NCBI GenBank assembly: GCA_022825265.1
Contig: JAJDXE010000006.1
Span: 20,923 to 84,922, forward strand
DNA: 64,000 nucleotides
Origin: Dehalococcoidia bacterium
Lineage (GTDB): Bacteria; Chloroflexota; Dehalococcoidia; Bin125
Direction: 5' to 3'
How positions within the stretch are numbered: the stretch's first letter is position 1; every line of letters begins with the position of its first letter. The notes beneath the pieces are model-generated. The model made no database searches, was not told where the DNA came from, and was given only the letters and a program-made list of their open reading frames with translations. The position numbers were made by a program, and so were the translations under genes. This document shows, piece after piece, positions 46,533 through 55,289 of this stretch.

Positions 46533-47070
46533 AGACTGGCTCGCCCTCTCCGACCAGGAGCTACTCAACCAGTGCCGGTTCGAACGATTCCGCGTCTCCG
46601 GCCCGGGCGGTCAGCACCGCAACAAGACCGACTCCGCCGTCCGCCTGACCCATGAGCCGACCGGCGTGGTCGGCTTCGCCTCCGAGCGTCGATCCCAACA
46701 CCAGAACCGTTCTGCTGCGCTGGCCCGATTGAGGCGAAACATTGCCCTTGAGCATCGCGCAGACCTCGACCTGGAGATGTATCACCCACCGCTCGCACTG
46801 CAGCGGATCCTACCGCGATCAGTCGAGACCGAGGTGGCGCGCAAAGAACGAGTCGGCGCAAAGCATCGCGAGTTCTGGACGGGCGTTGGACCGCTGTTGG
46901 ATCTCTTCGACGCTACTCAGGGCTCGACCGCCGACTGCGCCTCGCTGCTCGGCTGCTCCTCGAATCAGCTGACAAAGCTGTTCGCCTCCGAGTCACACCT
47001 CTGGGCCGCAGCCAACGCTATTCGCGAGCGGCACGGACTCAATCCACTTCGTCAATCGAGGAGTCGATGA
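46474..47070 (+). CDS. GGQ peptide-chain-release-factor-like protein with C-terminal extension
   Basis: [31 protein letters not shown]; overlaps permease end by 59 nt. Confidence 0.82.
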   Translation: MSHSSSPDSKARSAWSSSSRDWLALSDQELLNQCRFERFRVSGPGGQHRNKTDSAVRLTHEPTGVVGFASERRSQHQNRSAALARLRRNIALEHRADLDLEMYHPPLALQRILPRSVETEVARKERVGAKHREFWTGVGPLLDLFDATQGSTADCASLLGCSSNQLTKLFASESHLWAAANAIRERHGLNPLRQSRSR

Positions 47071-47446
47071 TCGCCTCTGCCTCGATCTCGACGATCATTT
47101 CAGGGTCCACCAGACCCCTGACCTCGACCAACGTCGATGTCGGCGGAGCGTCGGCAAACGCAGCGCGCAGATGCTCGCCCATCGACTCGGTTTGGTCGAT
47201 GTCGGTGATGTACATGCGAAGCCGAACGACATCGGCGAGCGACCCGCCGAGTTCCTCGAGCGCAGCCTCGATGATTGCCAGGCAGCGAGCGGTCTGAGGG
47301 CCGGCGCCACCCGGGGTGACGCTACCGTCGTCCTCGACCGCCGCCGTTCCGCTGACATGAATCAGATTGCCAACGCGCAGCGCCCGGCAATAGGCGAAGC
47401 GCGTTTCAAACTCCGGATTCGAGTGGCTCCGCCGTCGGTTGGTCAT
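47039..47446 (-). CDS. RidA-family protein
   Basis: [38 protein letters not shown]; ATGA-coupled to hpnE. Confidence 0.88.
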   Translation of the reverse strand: MTNRRRSHSNPEFETRFAYCRALRVGNLIHVSGTAAVEDDGSVTPGGAGPQTARCLAIIEAALEELGGSLADVVRLRMYITDIDQTESMGEHLRAAFADAPPTSTLVEVRGLVDPEMIVEIEAEAIIDSSIDEVD

Positions 47447-48849
47447 CTCGATTGAACCGGTCTTTCTAGCAACGCCCGAGCGGCCGCTCGGCCGCTGCGC
47501 ACGGCCGACTCCATCGTGGCCGGCCAACCGGTCGCCGTCCAGGCGCCGGCGAGTACGAGGTTGCGGATTGACGTGCGCGCCGGCACGCGATGCGCATTCA
47601 TCCCCGGCGTTGGCCGGAACGTGGCCTCTGCCTCCTTGACCACCCGAGTCGCGAGCAGGTTCGCGCCCGCCGTCCGCCGCAACGCACGCCGAACCGCACG
47701 CTCGACCCGCTCAACGATCACTTGCTGCGGCAAATCAACCAGGTTGTGCGCCCCACTCAGCGAGACCGAAATCCAATGCGGCGGCGTCTGCCAACCGTGA
47801 ATCTGGGATCGGTGGAAGATGAACTGCGCATCGGGATCGAGCACGGCGACAAAGTCCCGACGCATCACCCGCCGATCCCATTGCATGTGTACGTTGATGA
47901 TCGGGCTGACCTCGTGCTGGCTCAGTCGCCAGAACGGCTCACGCCGTCGCCAGGCGGCCGGCACCAGGTTGAAGGCCGCCTGTGGAGGCAGGGCGATGAC
48001 GACCGCGCTCACATCTGCCTGCTGGCCGCGCCCATAGCGCACCGCGGCGGCGTCCCCACCGTGCATCACGATGGCGCTCGCGTTGCCGTTCAACTCAACC
48101 CGTGCTCCTCGCTCGCGCAGCCGATCCAGCGCGGCATGCGCGACCTGGCCCAGTCCCCGAGTGAACAGGCCAATGTCGGCTGCGCCCGTATCACGGCTGA
48201 ATCCCTCCTGAAAGACCTGGATCGCCTGCGTTGCCGACACGTCGGAACAGTGATCATTGCAAGTCGGCAAAACAATCAGGTCCCAGAACCGCTCGATCAC
48301 GCGTTCGGTCTGATGGTGATTGAGCAGCCAAGTCTCAAATGACAGCCGATCGAGCGCCAGCCGCTCAAGTTCGCTCATCCTGCGAATCGGCTCAAAGGCA
48401 AAGGCAAGCCGCGTCTTCTCGGCCAAGGTCAGGTGCTCGTACGTCACCATCGAAGGAAACATATGCAGCGGAGCCGGCAACAGCTGCAGTCCCAACCGAG
48501 ACAACACGCTCGGCTGCTTCGATGAAATCACGCTGACATGATGACCGCGCGAGTCCGGGTCAATCACCGCAACCTCGAGGTTGTCCTGGTAGCGCACAAT
48601 GTCGGCGCAGCCAATCCGTTCAAGGAAGGCCTGGAATTCGGTGCAGCAGCGCATCGTGATGTGCTGCCCGTTGTCGAGGATCACCTCGTGCTTCGGATCC
48701 TCAAATGAGTAGGCCTTGCCACCGACGAACGGTCGGCGCTCGAACAAGGCCACATTGCGACCGGCGTCAACCAGTTCCAGCGCAGCGCTGAGACCGGCAA
48801 GCCCGCCTCCAATGACGGCGATCGGAGCCTCGACACCGTAGTCGGTCAC
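47443..48849 (-). CDS. hpnE: Hydroxysqualene dehydroxylase
   Basis: VIGGGLAG, LDNGQH, GWPATMESAVRSG; follows hpnCD. Confidence 0.88.
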   Translation of the reverse strand: MTDYGVEAPIAVIGGGLAGLSAALELVDAGRNVALFERRPFVGGKAYSFEDPKHEVILDNGQHITMRCCTEFQAFLERIGCADIVRYQDNLEVAVIDPDSRGHHVSVISSKQPSVLSRLGLQLLPAPLHMFPSMVTYEHLTLAEKTRLAFAFEPIRRMSELERLALDRLSFETWLLNHHQTERVIERFWDLIVLPTCNDHCSDVSATQAIQVFQEGFSRDTGAADIGLFTRGLGQVAHAALDRLRERGARVELNGNASAIVMHGGDAAAVRYGRGQQADVSAVVIALPPQAAFNLVPAAWRRREPFWRLSQHEVSPIINVHMQWDRRVMRRDFVAVLDPDAQFIFHRSQIHGWQTPPHWISVSLSGAHNLVDLPQQVIVERVERAVRRALRRTAGANLLATRVVKEAEATFRPTPGMNAHRVPARTSIRNLVLAGAWTATGWPATMESAVRSGRAAARALLERPVQSR

Positions 48850-48856
48850 GGCGGCG

Positions 48857-49762
48857 TCAGCCGATGCGGGCGACGTTAGGCATCGCGCCCATCAACCAGA
48901 GTTCCAACATCCGAACCACGCGACCCACCTTGGACGGCGACACCCGCTGGCTGTAGACGTCATACTCACGCTCGACGATCGCGTCGAGAATCATCCGGTA
49001 CACGCCCTGCAGTCCATTGCAGCAAGCACGGCTGCGCGGTCCGTCGAGCAACGGGATCAGGCGGTCGCCCTCGCGATAGAAGGCATAGGCGCGCTGGGCG
49101 TAGTCGGCCATCAGGTTGCGGAAGGGCTCGCCGTAGACGTTGCCGAGAATGTCCTCATCGCTGAGACCGTGCAGATCCAGATCTTCCTGAGCGAGATAGA
49201 TCCGCCCGCGCTCGGCGTCTTCCTTGACGTCGCGCATGATGTTGGTGATTTGCAGTGCCTTGCCCATCGCCACCGCAGAACTGATCGCGCGCTGCGTATG
49301 CGAGCGGTCGTAGCCAAAGATGCAGATGCAGATCAACCCGATCACCGAGGCGGCCCGGTAGCAATATTGCTCCAAATCAGCCCAGGTTTCATAGCGCGTA
49401 TAGGTCAGGTCGTGCTCCATCCCGAGCACAAGTTCCTCAAAGTGGTCCCGCGGAATGTCGTAACGCTCGATCGCGTCGGCCAGACCCATCGTCAACCACG
49501 ACGGTTCGGCGGCGCCGCCGTTGTAGGCAGCGTGCAACAGGTCGTGAGCCTGATTCAGGGCCGCCGCACGCTCCTCCTGCGTGCCGGCGTCGTCGACCGC
49601 GTCGTCAACTGTCCCAGCATAAGCGTAGGCAGCGTAGATCGCCTGCCGCTTGTGGCGGGGCAACGCCGAGAAGGCGATGTAGAAATTGGTCGCCCGGCGA
49701 CGTGTAAACGCCTGGCATGCTTGGTAGGCCTCGGCGACCTGTGGATCGAGACGTCGTTGCAT
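48857..49762 (-). CDS. hpnD: Presqualene diphosphate synthase
   Basis: NFYIAF, TVDDAVD, YCYRAAS, QITNIMRDVKED, RIYL. Confidence 0.85.
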   Translation of the reverse strand: MQRRLDPQVAEAYQACQAFTRRRATNFYIAFSALPRHKRQAIYAAYAYAGTVDDAVDDAGTQEERAAALNQAHDLLHAAYNGGAAEPSWLTMGLADAIERYDIPRDHFEELVLGMEHDLTYTRYETWADLEQYCYRAASVIGLICICIFGYDRSHTQRAISSAVAMGKALQITNIMRDVKEDAERGRIYLAQEDLDLHGLSDEDILGNVYGEPFRNLMADYAQRAYAFYREGDRLIPLLDGPRSRACCNGLQGVYRMILDAIVEREYDVYSQRVSPSKVGRVVRMLELWLMGAMPNVARIG

Positions 49763-49769
49763 GATGGCG

Positions 49770-50699
49770 TCAGGTTAGTTTGAGTTGGATTGCCGCGCGC
49801 AAGGCCAACCAGGCTCGGGTGCTCTTGCCAACCCTGGGACGCCTCGTCAGCGTGTCGTAGTCCTGATGCTCGATCGCCTTGAGCACCGCTCGGCCTCCAT
49901 CGGTGAACAGACGCAGATCGATCGCCAGCTCCGGTGGAACCTCGTCAATCAGCCGCTCGCCCTTTCGGAACCAGGCCTCCGCGCGATCAACCTGGAAGCG
50001 CATCATCGTTCGATATGCGTCGGGGCACTGACGCTCGCGAATCGCCTCAGCAACCTCCTCTTCCGACAGACCGAAGCCGTTCAGCTCCTCTAGCGGCAGG
50101 TACATCCGCCCGGCGTCGAGATAGTCGCGTCGCACGTCTTGCCAGTGATTGGCGATCTGCAGCGCAGTGCACGTCGCATCGGACAAATCCCGCCGATACT
50201 GGCCTTCGTCGGTCCCGGTGTCGATATCCCACAGCGCCAGCACCATCTCGCCGACCGGATTGGCCGAGAGGTCGCAGTACGCAAGCACGTCCTGGAAGGT
50301 CTCATAGCGAGACTTGTGCTGATCGAGCCGATTTGCCTCAATCAGCCGGCGAAACGGATCAACGCGCAGCGGCTTGGACTCGGCCACGTGTTGCAAAGCG
50401 ACGTTGATCGGGTGTTGCGGCTGAGAGCCGTCAAAGCCCCGCTCCAGGTCTGCCTGCCAGGTGTCCAGCCGCTCAAGTCGCTCATGCGGCTCGGCGTCGG
50501 GATCGTCGCCGAGGTTGTCCGTGAAGCGGCAGAATGCGTAGACCGCGAACATCGGCGCGCGCAGTTCGCGGGGCAGAAACCAGCTGACGACGGTGAAGTT
50601 CTCACTGTGCCGCCGGGTGTATCGCTGACACCAGCGTAGCGCGTCGACCGAGTCGCCGGCGAACGCGCTGTCCGGGGTACCCTGCTTGCTGAGGCTCAT
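49770..50699 (-). CDS. hpnC: Hydroxysqualene synthase
   Basis: HSENFTVVSWFLP, YCDLSANPVGEMVL, ALQIANHWQDV. Confidence 0.9.
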   Translation of the reverse strand: MSLSKQGTPDSAFAGDSVDALRWCQRYTRRHSENFTVVSWFLPRELRAPMFAVYAFCRFTDNLGDDPDAEPHERLERLDTWQADLERGFDGSQPQHPINVALQHVAESKPLRVDPFRRLIEANRLDQHKSRYETFQDVLAYCDLSANPVGEMVLALWDIDTGTDEGQYRRDLSDATCTALQIANHWQDVRRDYLDAGRMYLPLEELNGFGLSEEEVAEAIRERQCPDAYRTMMRFQVDRAEAWFRKGERLIDEVPPELAIDLRLFTDGGRAVLKAIEHQDYDTLTRRPRVGKSTRAWLALRAAIQLKLT

Positions 50700-50723
50700 C
50701 GGCGTGCGGCGCCTGTGTACTTC

Positions 50724-50963
50724 CTAGTCGTTCTCAAGGTCCGCCGGGTCGAGGATCCGGAAGCCGACGCCAAGCTTGACCTGGAACCAGCCGATCTCGC
50801 CGTCCTGGATCGGTCCGCGGATCTCGCGGACCTCAAACCAGTCGAGGTTCTTGAGCGTCTCTCCGGCCCGCTCGATCGCATTGCGGATCGCCTGGTCCAC
50901 GCCATCCGGCGAGGAGCCCACGAGCTCAATGATCTTGTACGTGTGGTCTCGATGTTCCGCCAT
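50724..50963 (-). CDS. Dodecin flavin-binding protein
   Basis: HTYKIIELVGSS, AIRNAIERA, LDWFEV, FQVKLGVGF; ATG 50963 behind GGAGG. Confidence 0.92.
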   Translation of the reverse strand: MAEHRDHTYKIIELVGSSPDGVDQAIRNAIERAGETLKNLDWFEVREIRGPIQDGEIGWFQVKLGVGFRILDPADLEND

Positions 50964-50991
50964 TCCGTCCTCCAGTTCCATCTTCCGCGCG

Positions 50992-51687
50992 TTATCCCGC
51001 TCCGAGTTCGTGATCAAGGATCTCGTAGCAGGCCCAGCAGAGCTGCTTGCCCTGCATTGGGATCAGGGTGAGTACCGGCTGACCACACTCCTCGCAGATC
51101 AGCCGCTGTTTGGTGTCGAAACGCATCACCACGAGGTCATGGAGTTCGCCGTCGGCCGAGGCGACATGGCGCGTCAGCACCGCGTCCTCGACGAAACCGA
51201 GACGCTCGAAAATCTTCCGCGCCCCAACCTGATCCGGAGTCATCTGAGCGATGATCTTGGCCACGTCGTCGGTCAGCGCGCCCTCGAAGGCAAGCCCGAG
51301 CAGAATATGGCCCAGTCCCAGTCGTCGTGCGCTGACATCGACCATCACGCGGATCTCAGCCACATGGCGGGTCCAACGCAACCGCCCTCGTTCGATCGTC
51401 GCATAGCCGATGATCTGCTGGTTCTCCTCGGCCACGACCGAGCGAATCCGACCGGCCTCGCTCTCGTGGATCCAGTCGCCGATATCGGCAACGTTGGTGA
51501 TATCGCGCTCCTGGAAGAGGAGATCCTCATTCGGCTGCCGGCGGCCAAACTCGAGCAACGCGTTGCCATCGTCGCTGGCCAGGTAGCGGAGCCGAATCGT
51601 GTGTCCACCGTGCCGGAGGTCAAGGGGTAGCTGCCGCATCTCTATCTCGGCATTTGCGCTTGGCGTCGTGCCTGGCGTCGTCATCAT
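50992..51687 (-). CDS. GNAT acetyltransferase with C-terminal CxxC-x16-CxxC zinc ribbon
   Basis: RHVAEIRVMV, RRLGLG, FERLGF, then CEEC...CWAC; ATG 51687 behind GGAGG. Confidence 0.8.
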   Translation of the reverse strand: MMTTPGTTPSANAEIEMRQLPLDLRHGGHTIRLRYLASDDGNALLEFGRRQPNEDLLFQERDITNVADIGDWIHESEAGRIRSVVAEENQQIIGYATIERGRLRWTRHVAEIRVMVDVSARRLGLGHILLGLAFEGALTDDVAKIIAQMTPDQVGARKIFERLGFVEDAVLTRHVASADGELHDLVVMRFDTKQRLICEECGQPVLTLIPMQGKQLCWACYEILDHELGAG

Positions 51688-51775
51688 GCTTCCCCCCTCC
51701 CCTGCTCTCAATGCTACGCAGGTGAATTGGCATGGTAGCTGTTCAAAATGGTTTCCAGATCGACACAAACACTGT

Positions 51776-51804
51776 GCAGTCGCAAACCCGATTGGTGCGA
51801 CTGC
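51776..51804 (-). terminator. Hairpin downstream of shc
   Basis: GCAGTCGCA / TGCGACTGC 9-bp stem, followed by a T-rich tract on the minus strand. Confidence 0.45.
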
Positions 51805-51854
51805 CTCCTGGCCAACGTCAGAACGAACCGGCCGGAACCAAGAAGACGGTTCGC

Positions 51855-53789
51855 CTATCGAGGCGCGATCGCCTGTTCGTAGCGTCCCAGTGCCATCAGG
51901 GGGAAATAGTGACGGTAGAGGTGATAGTTGATCATGAAGTCGCCGGGGAATCCGGTGCCGGTGAATTCCGGCTCGTCCCAGGTGCCGTCCTCCCGCTGCC
52001 GCTCGACGAGATACTGCACGCCCCGCGCGACCGACTCATGCTCCGCCTCTCCGGCCGCGATCAGCGCCATCAGGGCCCACGCCGTTTGTGACGGTGTGGA
52101 GGGTCCCAGACCGCGCAGCGACGGGTCGGCATAAGTGTCGCAGGATTCACCCCAGCCTCCGTCCTCGAGCTGGTGGCGGAAGAGCCACTCGATCGCGTTG
52201 CGCACCGGAGGCGCAGACATCGACTCGCCCAGCGTCTTGAGCGCTGGCAGCGCCGCGCCCAGGCCGTAGATGTAGTTGACGCCCCATCGGCCCCACCACG
52301 AACCATCCGGCTCCTGCAACTCGTACAGGAAGCGCAGGCCGCGGCTGGCGGGCGGATACTGGCCGCTGTAGCCAAGCTGGCCGATGTACTCGAGCGCATG
52401 AGCCGTGACATCGGCGGTCGGCGGATCGAGCAGCTCGCCGAAGTCGGCGAAGGGAATGTCCGCCAGAAAGGTCTTGTCGTTGTCCACGTCGAACGCGCCC
52501 CAGCCGCCGTTCGAGGACTGCATCGAGAGCATCCAGTGCAACCCTTGATCGAGAGCAAGCTGCCGCTCCGACTCCAGACCTGGCATCGGAATGCGCTCCA
52601 GGGCCATCAGCACGACGGCGGTGTCATCAACGTCCGGATAGATGTCGTTGTCGAACTCGAATGCCCAGCCGCCTGGCGGCGTATCCGGATTCTTGACCTG
52701 CCAGTCGCCGCCGCTCAGTACCTGCTCGCGCAGCATCCAGCGGGCTGCGCGCTGCAGAACCGGGTGCTGCGGATCGAGTCCCGTGTCCAGCAGACCGACC
52801 GCGGCCAGGCAGGTGTCCCACACCGGGGACTGGCAACTCTCCGTCCAGATCTGTTCGCCCTCGCGATCGACCTGGTTCCAGGTGAAGCGTTCAAATCCCG
52901 CGAGCGCTCGTCGGATGACCGGATGGTCCAGCGAGTAGCCCATCGCCCGCAGTGCAAGGATCGCGTAGACCCAGGGAGGTTGAATCCCCCCCCAACAACC
53001 GTCGGCCTCCTGCCGGTCAAGCAGCCAGCGCTCCGAAAACGCAAGCGCGCGATGCTCGAACGGTCGGATGCGGTTGCGGTCCAGGAACCGAAGCAGCGAG
53101 TCGACGACATAAAACACGCCCTTTGCCGACAACGGATTCTTCGGCGGCGGCACAGCGAACCGTCGCCGGTCCGACGGCTTGACCCACAGCTCTGGCACGC
53201 CCGCGCCGGCCGGCAACGCGGCCGTCGGCCGAAGCGTCATGATCACCGTGATTCCGACGATCGTCGCCCGAGCCCAGCTCGCAAACTCATACAGATTGAT
53301 CGGCAGCCATGAGGGCAGCAGATTGATCCAGGGCGGCATCGCCGGCAGACGATCCCAGTCGAACTCGCCGAACATCGCCAGCCAGATCTTGGTGAACACG
53401 CGCGCCTTGACGATCCCACCCTGCTCCAGAATCCACTCGCGGGCCCGCGTCATGTGCGGCGAGTCGGGATCGTCACCGGCCAGCTTGAGCGCGAAGTAGG
53501 ACTCAACCGAGGTCGAGACGTCTCCGGGACCGTTCAGGTATTGCGCCCAGAACCCCTCCGGCCGCTGTTGCGCCCTGATGTAGCGCGCAATCCCGTCCCA
53601 TTGCTGTCGATCACCAATGCCCAGGTGATGCGTCAACAGCAGGTACTCGGACGAGATCGACGGGTTCGATTCCAACTCGCCCCACCAGAACCCGGCCGGG
53701 TCTTGCTGTTCGATCAGCCAGTCGGTAGCCCGCCTGATCGATCTCGACAGAGCGCTGTCGGCGACCGATTGAGGTCTGACAGTCGTCAT
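51855..53789 (-). CDS. shc: Squalene-hopene cyclase
   Basis: YPDVDDTA (DxDD) motif; QW repeats (QDPAGFW, QRPEGFW, QEADGCW, QSSNGGW, QEPDGSW, QLEDGGW, QREDGTW); SQTAWAL. Confidence 0.96.
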   Translation of the reverse strand: MTTVRPQSVADSALSRSIRRATDWLIEQQDPAGFWWGELESNPSISSEYLLLTHHLGIGDRQQWDGIARYIRAQQRPEGFWAQYLNGPGDVSTSVESYFALKLAGDDPDSPHMTRAREWILEQGGIVKARVFTKIWLAMFGEFDWDRLPAMPPWINLLPSWLPINLYEFASWARATIVGITVIMTLRPTAALPAGAGVPELWVKPSDRRRFAVPPPKNPLSAKGVFYVVDSLLRFLDRNRIRPFEHRALAFSERWLLDRQEADGCWGGIQPPWVYAILALRAMGYSLDHPVIRRALAGFERFTWNQVDREGEQIWTESCQSPVWDTCLAAVGLLDTGLDPQHPVLQRAARWMLREQVLSGGDWQVKNPDTPPGGWAFEFDNDIYPDVDDTAVVLMALERIPMPGLESERQLALDQGLHWMLSMQSSNGGWGAFDVDNDKTFLADIPFADFGELLDPPTADVTAHALEYIGQLGYSGQYPPASRGLRFLYELQEPDGSWWGRWGVNYIYGLGAALPALKTLGESMSAPPVRNAIEWLFRHQLEDGGWGESCDTYADPSLRGLGPSTPSQTAWALMALIAAGEAEHESVARGVQYLVERQREDGTWDEPEFTGTGFPGDFMINYHLYRHYFPLMALGRYEQAIAPR

Positions 53790-53798
53790 GCGCGCACG

Positions 53799-54848
53799 TT
53801 AGCGATCACGCTCGAGCGTGAAGAGCGCCAGCGCTTCCAGGTCGGCCACTGCTTCTGCGCGTGGCTTGGCCGATTCCATTTCGACGCGAAAGGCTTCATA
53901 CTCTACCCGCGCCGCCTGGTCAGTCACCTGATCGGCGCCGATCTCATCGAGCAGATTGTGCACCCAGTCGACCTGCTCCTCCGGCAGATCATCACCACCG
54001 CCGAGTTCCGAGCGGTAGATCTCCATCAACTCGCGCCTCGCCTCTGCGGGAGCATTGCCCAGGGTGTACAGAATCGGATACGACTTCTTCCGCCGGCGGA
54101 TGTCGGCGTCGGTCGGCTTGCCCAGAGCGTCCGGGTCGGCCCAGATGCCGAGCCAGTCATCGCGCATCTGAAAGCATCTCCCGAGCCGTTTGCCGGCGCG
54201 ATCGAGCGCGTCGGCCTGCTCGGACGATGCGCCGGCCAGCGTCGCGCCGATCGACAGCGACACGCCCATCATCGCTCCGGTCTTGCGCTCGACCATGGCG
54301 AGGTATTCGTCCACCGCAACGTCCGTGCGCTGCTCGAAGGTCAGGTCGAGGTATTGTCCTTCGATCATCAGCATCGTCGCCCGGTTGAGGCGTCGCACCG
54401 CTTCGATCACGGATTCAGGACTCGCACCATGCAGCAGCGGGCGCCGCAAGGCCGCATCGGCCAGCTCGCGCATCAGATCGCCGGTGTTGATCGCCTGGGC
54501 CACGCCCCAGATCTTCCAGACGGTCGGCCGGCCGCGACGCTCGACATCGCCGTCCTGGACATCGTCGTGGACCAGAGAAAAGTTGTGGACGATCTCGACT
54601 GCGGCCGCCCCGGCACTCGCGCGCTTGAGCGCGTCCGGATCGTCCGTAATCGCTTCAGCACCCAGCATCGTCAACGCAGCCCGAGCGCCCTTGCCCGACG
54701 CGTTCGCAGGATTCCCCTGCTCATCCAGCCAGCCAAGCGCGTAGCGAGCCATGTCGTAGATCGGTAAGTCGACATCCGGAAACGCAGCCCGCATCTCCGT
54801 CTGCACGGCCTCGTGATAGCGGGTCAGAGCAACAGGAGTGGCGATCAT
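53799..54848 (-). CDS. Short-chain polyprenyl diphosphate synthase (FPP/GGPP)
   Basis: HNFSLVHDDVQD first Asp-rich motif with Phe at -5, RRGRPT, GQYLD, KTG, FQMRDD; ATG 54848 overlaps fur stop. Confidence 0.9.
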   Translation of the reverse strand: MIATPVALTRYHEAVQTEMRAAFPDVDLPIYDMARYALGWLDEQGNPANASGKGARAALTMLGAEAITDDPDALKRASAGAAAVEIVHNFSLVHDDVQDGDVERRGRPTVWKIWGVAQAINTGDLMRELADAALRRPLLHGASPESVIEAVRRLNRATMLMIEGQYLDLTFEQRTDVAVDEYLAMVERKTGAMMGVSLSIGATLAGASSEQADALDRAGKRLGRCFQMRDDWLGIWADPDALGKPTDADIRRRKKSYPILYTLGNAPAEARRELMEIYRSELGGGDDLPEEQVDWVHNLLDEIGADQVTDQAARVEYEAFRVEMESAKPRAEAVADLEALALFTLERDR

Positions 54849-55282
54849 CTCACCCGCTCGCTGGCGACGCATGACTGGCAGCGGCCGTACACCGCCCAAT
54901 GATCGGGATCGATCTCAAAGCCAAACTCCGAATGCAGGCGATTGGAGAAGTTGGCCAGGAAGTCGTGCGGCAACTCGCTCATCTCGCCGCAAGATGTACA
55001 AACGAGATGATGATGCGGCCGCTCGGAGCGCCAGCTATACGTGCGCTCCCCGCCGCCGAGGTCGGTCTGCGAAACCAATCCCAGATCGCGCAACTGGGTC
55101 AGCGTCCGGTACACGGTCGAGGCATTGAGGTCCGGTGCTTCGCTGCGAGCCCGCTCATAGACGTCTGCGGCCGTGATGTGCTGGTCGGAGTGCCGCAGCA
55201 CGCTCAACACCGCCAGTCGCTGGCGAGTGACGCGCAGTTCATTGCTGCGCAGCAGGACTTCTGACTCGGTCGTACACGCCAT
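54845..55282 (-). CDS. Fur-family transcriptional regulator
   Basis: TRQRLAVL, STVYRTL, HHHLVCTSCG, CQSC; subfamily (Fur/Zur/PerR/Nur) not resolved. Confidence 0.9.
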   Translation of the reverse strand: MACTTESEVLLRSNELRVTRQRLAVLSVLRHSDQHITAADVYERARSEAPDLNASTVYRTLTQLRDLGLVSQTDLGGGERTYSWRSERPHHHLVCTSCGEMSELPHDFLANFSNRLHSEFGFEIDPDHWAVYGRCQSCVASERVR

Positions 55283-55289
55283 CGACGGT

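Noticed and set aside
6985-54767. Long antisense or alternate-frame ORFs (e.g. 6985-8367, 10037-11980, 12716-14413, 18382-19812, 25558-27156, 52173-53312, 53454-54767)
   Set aside because: Shadow ORFs of well-supported genes, expected in high-GC DNA; no motifs or translation signals.
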